Below are positions 57,270 to 64,000 of a stretch of DNA of 64,000 nt, one piece after another. Positions within the stretch are counted from its first letter, which is position 1. Each line of letters begins with the position of its first letter. The stretch comes from Candidatus Woesearchaeota archaeon. Lineage in GTDB: Archaea > Nanobdellota > Nanobdellia > Woesearchaeales > SKIA01. The notes beneath the pieces were generated by a model. The model was given only the letters and a program-made list of their open reading frames with translations, had not been told where the DNA came from and did no database searches. A program made the position numbers and the translations under genes. The stretch is from assembly GCA_046704725.1 (NCBI GenBank), contig JBJKRI010000005.1, positions 128,001-192,000 of the forward strand, read 5' to 3'.

Positions 57270-57932
57270 ATGGATGTGATGCACGCGACATATTTTGTCA
57301 TCGGGGGAGCGATCTTCGTGCTGGGAGGATTCACGCGTCTGCGCAAGCGACGGCTCATGCAGGATCTGCCTGTGAGTACGATACGCGGAGCGGCGATGGG
57401 CCTTGTTCAGATACGCGGCACGGCGCATGCGGACACGCAACAGAAGGCCCCGCTGAGCAAGAAGAAGTGCGTCTGGTACCGTGTGGTCATTGAGGAAACG
57501 AATATTATCACTGGTGACTGGAAGCAAGTGGATACTGAGGAAAAAGGCGGTCGCTTGTTCCTGCACGACGAGACAGGAATATGCGTGCTCGACCCGTCCG
57601 GATCGAAGCTGGACCTGCCGCTATCAGGGAGGACAGACACTTCGCAAGAAGAATCGGATCCGAATGATATCAGCGTGCATAAGGACACGCGGAAAAGCGA
57701 GTACATCATCACCGATGGCCAGGAACTCTATGTGCTGGCGAACGCAAGGCCCAACGAGGACGAACGCACAAAAGAGAAAGCGCCATTGCTGTTGGGGAAG
57801 GGATCGACCTATTTCACGGTGAGCGACAAGCCAGGATCCAAGTCAGAGCGCAGACTCCTCTATCTGTCGGCTCTGTCCACCGCATTCGGAGCGGCCATCA
57901 TGATATGGGGGCTTGTGAGTCTCTTGTCGTAG
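57270..57932 (+). CDS. GIDE-domain membrane protein, tandem paralog
   Basis: Same motifs as upstream gene (AAMG, APLS..CVWY, EEKG, DETG, EYIIT.G..LY.LANA.PNED, LGKG..FTVSDK). Confidence 0.8.
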   Translation: MDVMHATYFVIGGAIFVLGGFTRLRKRRLMQDLPVSTIRGAAMGLVQIRGTAHADTQQKAPLSKKKCVWYRVVIEETNIITGDWKQVDTEEKGGRLFLHDETGICVLDPSGSKLDLPLSGRTDTSQEESDPNDISVHKDTRKSEYIITDGQELYVLANARPNEDERTKEKAPLLLGKGSTYFTVSDKPGSKSERRLLYLSALSTAFGAAIMIWGLVSLLS

Positions 57933-57971
57933 CTGCATAACTCTTATGTACGAACCGGGGTTCGCCCATCC

Positions 57972-58691
57972 ATGCCGACCATCCAGCCGTACATGTCCGA
58001 TGCTTACACCAAGGAGTTCGACGCGACCGTCACGTCCGTCAAGGACGGCAAGTTCGTCACGCTCTCCACCACCTATTTCTATCCCTCGAGCGGCGGCCAG
58101 CCGCACGACACCGGAGTCCTGCGCACGAAGGACGGAAAGGAGGTGAAGGTCATCTACGCCGGCTTCTTCGACGGCACCGTCAGCCACCAGGTCGAGCCCG
58201 AAGACGTGCTGAAAGAGGGCGACGAGGTGCACGGCGTCATCGACTGGGAACGGCGCTACAAGCACATGCGCATGCACACGGCAGCGCACCTGGTGAGCTA
58301 TGTCTTCGAGCACGAGAAGGGCGCGAAGGTGACGGGCAACCAGATAGGCGAGGACAAGACGCGCATCGACTACCAGCTCGACGATTACAATCCCGAGGAG
58401 CTGCGCGGTTTCGAGGACAAGGTCAACGAACTCATCGCGCGCGACCTGCCGGTGTCGGCGGAAGTGCTTCCGCGTGCCGAAGCGGAGGAGAAGCTCGAGC
58501 GATTGACAACGCTCGCCATGGGCTTTCCCGAAGAGATCACAGAGGTACGATTGCTCTCCATCGGCGATGTCGACGTGCAGGCCGACGGCGGGACGCATGT
58601 CAAGAGCACGAAAGAGATCGGGAAGGTGCGTTTCCTCAAGTTCGACAACAAGGGAAAGAACAATCGCAGGGTCTACTTCACGCTAGAGTGA
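57972..58691 (+). CDS. alaX: AlaX alanyl-tRNA editing protein
   Basis: FYP..GGQP.DTG, IDWERRY..MR.HTA.H, D.Q.DGGTHV..T.EIG, KGK.N.R. Confidence 0.92.
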   Translation: MPTIQPYMSDAYTKEFDATVTSVKDGKFVTLSTTYFYPSSGGQPHDTGVLRTKDGKEVKVIYAGFFDGTVSHQVEPEDVLKEGDEVHGVIDWERRYKHMRMHTAAHLVSYVFEHEKGAKVTGNQIGEDKTRIDYQLDDYNPEELRGFEDKVNELIARDLPVSAEVLPRAEAEEKLERLTTLAMGFPEEITEVRLLSIGDVDVQADGGTHVKSTKEIGKVRFLKFDNKGKNNRRVYFTLE

Positions 58692-58715
58692 TCGCCTCGC
58701 CGCATGAGCAACACC

Positions 58716-59060
58716 CTACAATGCTCTTCTTTCCGCAGGGTCGCGCACCCGATACCACGGACCGGGGTCTTCGGCGTCATCGAAGACACGCATGCCCTCC
58801 GGCCGCTCGGGAAGCACATCGACGAGCCCTTCGCGCTCCCACGCCCCAATTCGACGAGGCAATGAGCGCCTGACGCTCCTGAAACCATCATCATCCCTCG
58901 GGGACGCGGCCGTCCGGGTCAAAACGTCGAGGAACGCGTTATGGCCATACGCCACCCGGATGCCCAATGACCGCTCCCAGAGCCGCTGATCATGCAGAGC
59001 CCCTACTATGTACACGTCACCCACCTCAACCATACAGCCGTGCATGTCGCGCACAATCAT
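58716..59060 (-). CDS. Possible hypothetical protein
   Basis: 3' part of a long minus-strand ORF fills an otherwise empty gap; start uncertain. Confidence 0.3.
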   Translation of the reverse strand: MIVRDMHGCMVEVGDVYIVGALHDQRLWERSLGIRVAYGHNAFLDVLTRTAASPRDDDGFRSVRRSLPRRIGAWEREGLVDVLPERPEGMRVFDDAEDPGPWYRVRDPAERRAL

Positions 59061-59210
59061 ATGTCTTGTGGAGAATTCCGCACTGCACGAAAGGAGCCTC
59101 CCTTTCGCCGGAACCGAAAGTATCAGTGAAGCGTACACTCGTCTACGATGCTCAGCAAAACCAAGCCATACCCTTATAAGCGATTCCGCACATTTTGTTA
59201 TCAGGGGGAA

Positions 59211-59354
59211 ATGGCAGGCGACCAGGAATCCGCAAGACACACGATCGACGTGTACACGCAGCAGGGGGGCTGCGTCGTGCACCGTCAGGTCGAATACCGG
59301 GACGGGCGCCTGTTCATGCGCGTGCAAAAGCGCAGCGTGCTCGACCTCATCTGA
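59211..59354 (+). CDS. Small hypothetical protein
   Basis: TTATAA box and AGGGGG SD upstream. Confidence 0.45.
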   Translation: MAGDQESARHTIDVYTQQGGCVVHRQVEYRDGRLFMRVQKRSVLDLI

Positions 59355-59393
59355 GGACGAAAGCTTAATCAACGCGGTCCGCTGGGATATCAT

Positions 59394-59696
59394 ATGCGCG
59401 CCGCATTCCTCGCTGTCATCGGCTTTCTCCTGCTCGCTGGATGCGTCTCGAACATCTGCCCGCAACAGCTCAATCTCACGAATCCCATCCCATACAATAT
59501 GCAGCCGTCGATGATGGGGATGACGAAGGTCTACGACCAGTCCATCAGCGTGAAAGGAGAGGTCTACCTGCTCCAGGTCTGGTCCGAGGGCAACGGCACG
59601 TACTACGTGCGTTACGAGCCAGAGAACTTCGGGGGACGCACCCTCTACGGACCGTTCATCGGTAACGCGACCACCGATATCCAGTGCCATGGCTGA
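59394..59696 (+). CDS. Putative lipoprotein
   Basis: Lipobox LLAGC. Confidence 0.7.
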   Translation: MRAAFLAVIGFLLLAGCVSNICPQQLNLTNPIPYNMQPSMMGMTKVYDQSISVKGEVYLLQVWSEGNGTYYVRYEPENFGGRTLYGPFIGNATTDIQCHG

Positions 59697-59865
59697 ATTC
59701 GAGAAGCCCCGGATGCGCTGGAACACGGGCACGATGCAGTACGAGCCCGTCATCGAGAGCGAAGGAGACGAAAAACCGCCGCAGAAGGGAATGGGCTGGT
59801 ACGTCGTGGCGATCATCATCCTCTTGCTGGTACTGCTTGTCCTCGTGCTCCTAACACACATATGA
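59689..59865 (+). CDS. Small C-terminally anchored membrane protein (58 aa, not in ORF track)
   Basis: MAEFEKPRMRWNTG...WYVVAIIILLLVLLVLVLL; overlaps preceding stop. Confidence 0.65.
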   Translation: MAEFEKPRMRWNTGTMQYEPVIESEGDEKPPQKGMGWYVVAIIILLLVLLVLVLLTHI

Positions 59866-59922
59866 CCACTTATAAGTGGTTAAAATAGGAAATATTTTAA
59901 ACTCCGACACCCCCTACAACAC

Positions 59923-60777
59923 ATGCGTTCTCTGGCTGAATCGAAGCGCGCTATCTCGCCCGATGGCATGGAGATCAGGTATTGGGTCAACTGGCAGAAA
60001 GGCATGAGAGACACGTTCACCGTGCTGCATCCCGGGGCGGCGCTCAACCACAGCTCCCTGGAACGGCTCGAGGATGGACTGCACTTGCGAGGCATCCCGA
60101 CGGTGGTCTTCGACCCGCGCGGATCCGGATACTCGGACCACCCCATATCGAGGGAGTACTTCCGACTGGAGCGGTTGACAGACGATCTGGAGGTCATCGC
60201 AGAGCAGGAAGGACTGGAGCGGCCCTGCTTCGTGACGCACAGCTTCGGCTTCATGCCGGCGGTGGACTATGCGGTACGCACGGCCAATGCGCAGGGCATC
60301 ACAGGCATAGGCGCGAGCCATAACTTCCGGAGGACCGCGCCCAACACGCTCCTGTTCGAGCTCTTCGACAAGGTGCTCATCCACTCGGAATACATCGGAA
60401 GCCTCGGGACGCTCGTAGGACACTGCCTTTCCGGCACGCAGCGTCCCGCGTGCACCGATCAATCACTGTCCGAATCAGAATTCCAGCTCTGGCAATCCAT
60501 CGTGGACATCCCGCTCGCGCAAGCGGCCAGCCATGTAATCGGGCAACGCGAATGCAACTGCTGGGACATCACCGAACAACTCGGTCGGCTCGAAGCCCCC
60601 GTGCTCCTCATCCACGGCGAAAAAGACATGATGGTCCGGCCTGTCGCGGGGACCTATATAGAGGAACGCACGAACGCCCCATGCGAGCGCTATGTCGTCG
60701 AAGGGGCGACGCATTCTCTTCCAGTGTTCCGGCCCGAAACGGTCCTATCCATCATGGATGCGTATGACCGACGCTGA
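59923..60777 (+). CDS. Alpha/beta hydrolase
   Basis: LHPG, D.RG.GYSD, HSFG nucleophile elbow, PVLLIHGEKD, GATH. Confidence 0.88.
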   Translation: MRSLAESKRAISPDGMEIRYWVNWQKGMRDTFTVLHPGAALNHSSLERLEDGLHLRGIPTVVFDPRGSGYSDHPISREYFRLERLTDDLEVIAEQEGLERPCFVTHSFGFMPAVDYAVRTANAQGITGIGASHNFRRTAPNTLLFELFDKVLIHSEYIGSLGTLVGHCLSGTQRPACTDQSLSESEFQLWQSIVDIPLAQAASHVIGQRECNCWDITEQLGRLEAPVLLIHGEKDMMVRPVAGTYIEERTNAPCERYVVEGATHSLPVFRPETVLSIMDAYDRR

Positions 60778-60810
60778 AAGCTTTTTATAGCGCTTCTCCG
60801 TGCCAGAGGC

Positions 60811-61389
60811 ATGCGATTCTCCCAACAAGAGGTCCGGGACCTGCTCATCGCGTGGGTCATGATCAGCATCGCGTTCGGAATCCTCTTCAGGGACCAGACC
60901 ACATTCCTGACGGCGATACTTATCAGCGCGGTCACAGCAGGCATCGGTTTCCTGCTCCACGAGCTCGCGCACAAGGCCGTCGCGCAGCGCATGGGCAAGT
61001 TCGCGGAGTTCCACGCCTACCTGCCGACACTCGTCATCAGCGTGGTGCTCGCCTTCACAGGGCTCGTGGTAGCGGCGCCGGGAGCCGTGGTCATCAGCGG
61101 CTTCGTCAACCGGCGTGAGAACGGACTGATAAGCGCGGCAGGACCGCTCACCAACATCGCGCTCGCCGTGATATTCCTGCTCCTGCTCCTGCTGTCGCCA
61201 CTGCATTCATTGCTTGCCATCATCGCGGGCATGGGCTTTGTCATCAACAGCTGGCTCGCATTGTTCAACCTGATACCCTTCGGCATCTTCGACGGTGCCA
61301 AGATCATCCAGTGGAACAAGGCGTTCTTCTCCGCCATGGCGGTAGCGAGCGTCGTCCTCGTCTTCTTCAGCGCCATCCTCCACCCGTGA
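60811..61389 (+). CDS. Site-2 protease (M50) metalloprotease
   Basis: HELAH, AGP..N, FNLIP....DG. Confidence 0.92.
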   Translation: MRFSQQEVRDLLIAWVMISIAFGILFRDQTTFLTAILISAVTAGIGFLLHELAHKAVAQRMGKFAEFHAYLPTLVISVVLAFTGLVVAAPGAVVISGFVNRRENGLISAAGPLTNIALAVIFLLLLLLSPLHSLLAIIAGMGFVINSWLALFNLIPFGIFDGAKIIQWNKAFFSAMAVASVVLVFFSAILHP

Positions 61390-61979
61390 ACGCGCGCGGA
61401 CCGCTCAGCCTTGTCGCGATCCTCATCGTGCTCGTCGCGCTCGGGGCAATACTGCTCAGCCACCTGCCGAGCACGGTCACCGGACTCGCATTGTTCTTCC
61501 TCGTCATCCTCGAGACGGTGGTCGCGCCCATCCCCGGAGGCGCCGTCGCGTACCTCGGAGCCGCGACGCTCGGATTCTGGCGGTCGTGGCCGATATTGTA
61601 TGTGGGAAACGTCATAGGCACGGCAATCGTGTTCACGCTCGCAAGACGCATCGGAAAGCCCTACGTGGACCGCATGGTCCCCGCGAAAAAGCGCAAGCGC
61701 TACGAGAACCTGTTGACACGGCACCAACGACTGCTCTGGTTCGTTTACGCGATGCCCCTGTTCCCGCTGGATATGATCAGTATCCTCGCAGGATTCACGA
61801 AGATGCCGACGAGGCGCTTTCTCATCATCGCCGTGACCGCGCTGCCGTTCTCGACGGGGATGGTCGCTTTCGCCGGAGCGTTCCTCGGAAAATACCTGGG
61901 CGTGCTCAACATGGTATCGCTCATCGTGCTCGGAGCGCTCGCCCTCGGCGCGGTCTGGCTCTGGCGCCGACACCACTGA
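61386..61979 (+). CDS. TVP38/VTT (DedA-superfamily) membrane protein
   Basis: APIPG, G..IG....F..AR..G, P..P.D.....AG. Confidence 0.85.
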   Translation: MNARGPLSLVAILIVLVALGAILLSHLPSTVTGLALFFLVILETVVAPIPGGAVAYLGAATLGFWRSWPILYVGNVIGTAIVFTLARRIGKPYVDRMVPAKKRKRYENLLTRHQRLLWFVYAMPLFPLDMISILAGFTKMPTRRFLIIAVTALPFSTGMVAFAGAFLGKYLGVLNMVSLIVLGALALGAVWLWRRHH

Positions 61980-62436
61980 CGATACGACGCCACTCGATGA
62001 CGACAAGGATGAATATCGCGGCGTCGACCACGGTGAGAATCGTGAGCAATACCGATCCCGTGGCGAGTATCTGGACGACCTGCACGCCGATGAGGGCGAG
62101 CAAGGCGACAAGAGCGACGGGGAAGACCCAGAGAATCTCGAGCCACAAGCCGATGGCCAAAGCGACCTTGATGACACCGTGCCCGAGCAGGTAGAGCGCT
62201 GCGAACGACGCGGTGCCGGGAGAGACGCCCCCCAAGTGCCCGAGCAGGAAGGTCGCGACAAGGTCGTGTGGATCCTCGGCGACCTCCGCGACCGCCATAC
62301 GCGCTATGATGGACAGCAACGCTTTCGCGCCCACAGCGAGCACGGCGATGCCGCTGAAAAGCTCGATCACTCCGTCGAGCCCCTTGATGACGACGCCCAA
62401 TCGATAGAGCCAATGGGTGACTGACGAGAAACGCAT
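61921..62436 (-). CDS. DUF2127-like membrane protein
   Basis: KG.DG..E...G, E..EDP.D..A, FAA.YLL.HG..K, D........EW. Confidence 0.75.
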   Translation of the reverse strand: MRFSSVTHWLYRLGVVIKGLDGVIELFSGIAVLAVGAKALLSIIARMAVAEVAEDPHDLVATFLLGHLGGVSPGTASFAALYLLGHGVIKVALAIGLWLEILWVFPVALVALLALIGVQVVQILATGSVLLTILTVVDAAIFILVVIEWRRIVSGVGARARPRRGRALRAR

Positions 62437-62471
62437 GGGCGGCTGACCACGTACCGGAATATAAAGCCTGC

Positions 62472-62490
62472 CACCGGACAAACGCGCGTA
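62472..62490 (+). promoter_or_regulatory. Shared upstream motif copy CACCGGACAAACGCGCGTA
   Basis: 18/19 identical to 62941 copy; begins 51 nt before GTG 62523. Confidence 0.7.
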
Positions 62491-62522
62491 GCGTACAAGA
62501 AACGTGAGGATATCCTCGCGCC

Positions 62523-62960
62523 GTGCTGGTCGGGGTGCTCGGGAAACGACGGGAGACGGATGCTGCCGTATTGCGGTACGCGTGCCGACACCCGCCCGCA
62601 TTGGTCATCGACTGCGGGAACGCGGCCGACCCCCACGCCCTGTTCCCCGCGGCGAGCGCCGAACAGCTCGAACGCGTGCGCAGCGTGCCCATCGACCTGC
62701 TCTACCAATTGCGCGACGCCGCACGCATCCTGCCGGAACTTGTGGGGGACGCGCGCCTTGTCGTCGTGACATCGCCGTACCACCTGTTCAACTACCACGA
62801 CGAAGAGGAGAACACCGCGGTCGAGCAGCACGCGTGGGAACTGCTCGCGAAGCACGGCAAGCGGCTGCACATCCTCGTCTCCGTGCCGGCAGGGACACGC
62901 CACGAGCGCTGGGCCCGACGCTACTGCGAGCGCATCCACGCACTGGACAAACGCGCGTAA
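62523..62960 (+). CDS. Truncated, inactive RadA/RecA-like protein (PolB2-cassette type)
   Basis: VIDCGN.ADPH, LERV......YQL; no Walker A. Confidence 0.7.
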   Translation: MLVGVLGKRRETDAAVLRYACRHPPALVIDCGNAADPHALFPAASAEQLERVRSVPIDLLYQLRDAARILPELVGDARLVVVTSPYHLFNYHDEEENTAVEQHAWELLAKHGKRLHILVSVPAGTRHERWARRYCERIHALDKRA

Positions 62961-62966
62961 GGCATA
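62941..62966 (+). repeat. Direct repeat / motif copy left of TA module
   Basis: CACTGGACAAACGCGCGTAAGGCATA, 23/26 identical to 63460-63485. Confidence 0.8.
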
Positions 62967-63011
62967 TGGGGGACGAAAGGATTTAAGACCTGCCGCAGCT
63001 TCTCAGCTTTG

Positions 63012-63212
63012 ATGGCAAAGGATATGCAAGACATCACACGCGAAATCGAGGCCCTTCGCAAGGATATAAAAGATATCCGCTCGCGGATGGTGGACGTGGA
63101 CATGCTCCTTTCCGAACGCGAGCGAAAACGCCTTGAAGAATCGCTCGATGAACTGCGTTCAGGCAAGGCCATCTCGCATGAGGAGCTCGTAAGAGAGCTC
63201 CATGACGCTTGA
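63012..63212 (+). CDS. RelB-like antitoxin
   Basis: LS..E...LEES..E.R.GK.IS.EEL..EL; overlaps toxin start. Confidence 0.85.
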   Translation: MAKDMQDITREIEALRKDIKDIRSRMVDVDMLLSERERKRLEESLDELRSGKAISHEELVRELHDA

Positions 63213-63459
63213 ACGACGCTACTCCTCGCACGCGCAACATGCTATCAACAAGCTTTCTGAGCGGCTACGCGGGCGGATCCTCGCACGGATATCCGAACTG
63301 CAGGAAGAGCCGTTCCCACCTGACGCGAAACGCGTCGTGAACCGCAAGGAAAAAACGTTCCGCGTACGGGTCGGCGGGTACCGTATCCTCTACGTCGTGC
63401 TCGCCGAAGAAGGAATCCTGTTCATCTCCGACGTGGACAAGCGCGAACGCGTCTACTAG
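63202..63459 (+). CDS. relE: RelE/ParE-family toxin
   Basis: RI...I.EL..EP.P, FRVRVGGYRILY, I..VDKRERVY. Confidence 0.92.
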   Translation: MTLERRYSSHAQHAINKLSERLRGRILARISELQEEPFPPDAKRVVNRKEKTFRVRVGGYRILYVVLAEEGILFISDVDKRERVY

Positions 63460-63485
63460 CACTGGACAAGGACGCGTAAGGCATA
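63460..63485 (+). repeat. Direct repeat / motif copy right of TA module
   Basis: CACTGGACAAGGACGCGTAAGGCATA; begins 51 nt before ATG 63511. Confidence 0.8.
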
Positions 63486-63510
63486 CGAATACGGGATGAC
63501 TAGCGATCGC

Positions 63511-63750
63511 ATGGGGCACACGGCATCCAGCCAGCGACAGGTCGTCGACCGGTTGCTGCGGGAATTGCACGATTACGGACGGGCGTTGCGGCCTGAGGAA
63601 CGGGTGTTGTACGAGCGCCTATTGGAGGCGCCGCTCCTGCACTTCGGCGCGACGAGCAACGCGTCGAGCCTGCACACCTGGGCGTTCCTGCTCTTGTCGG
63701 TGATGCTCGAGCAGGAGAAACGCATCGCCGCGCTCGAAGGGGCGCGTTAA
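63511..63750 (+). CDS. Small helical protein of the family usually encoded beside archaeal PolB2
   Basis: MG.T..S.R......... Y.RALR.E.R...E.L......H..A.SNA......LLS..LEQEK.I..L. Confidence 0.75.
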   Translation: MGHTASSQRQVVDRLLRELHDYGRALRPEERVLYERLLEAPLLHFGATSNASSLHTWAFLLLSVMLEQEKRIAALEGAR

Positions 63751-63886
63751 ACCTGTGTTATATGCTATACTCATCGTCCTGCGCATGCGAATCGAGACCG
63801 ATCCACTCACGGACTGGAACTGCGGTCAGGGGATGTCGCATGCGAATTGATTGTTCGATGCGCTGTGTTGATGAAATGCGAGCGGT

Positions 63887-64000
63887 TTAATCTCCAAGCT
63901 CGCGGTGTCCTATCGATTCTTGAACACCAAACAGAATTGCTGTAGCGAGCAATAGGAAGAACGCGATTGTTGGCGTGAAAGCAAAAAGCGCGAGGATAAT
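63887..64000 (-). CDS. Possible 3' end of a membrane protein running off the window
   Basis: Open hydrophobic frame IILALFAFTPTIAFFLLLATAILFG...GD* from the window edge. Confidence 0.35.
   Translation of the reverse strand: MILALFAFTPTIAFFLLLATAILFGVQESIGHRELGD

Noticed and set aside
62941-63485. IS element or CRISPR mini-array suggested by the direct repeats
   Set aside because: No transposase, terminal inverted repeats or cas genes; the spacing of about 500 bp contains whole genes.

Overview
High-GC archaeal chromosome segment, most consistent with a DPANN/Woesearchaeota-like organism. This is an inference from the mix of archaeal markers (DnaG, Topo VI A/B, aNAC, Sec61beta, Rio1-Dim2, Fap7, ABCE1, archaellin, TATA promoters about 25 nt before many start codons) with bacterial-type AspRS and a Pol II-like PolB. 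The window starts with the end of a surface-glycan cluster (GT4, asnB-like, methyltransferase, sulfotransferase, galE). It continues with translation, RNA-processing and replication genes interspersed with many single orphan ORFs. RNA genes: an unlinked 5S rRNA, an RNase P RNA, and tRNA-Asn, -Cys and -Arg. There are two RelE-type toxin-antitoxin pairs. No CRISPR array, integrase or transposase was seen. The most striking signal is a non-coding motif, core C(A/G)NYGGACA, often followed by ...CGCGTAAGGC. It sits 51-54 nt upstream of the start codons of scattered DNA-repair and stress genes: an inactive RadA-like gene, a PolB2-associated small protein, a YprB exonuclease, both genes of a convergent TA pair, and an unannotated 34-aa Zn-finger gene. 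This suggests an undescribed SOS-like regulon. Other candidates: an Asn-Asn leader peptide before asnS, a structured dnaG leader, and AbrB and TrmB operators. All family assignments come from motif recognition, not database searches.
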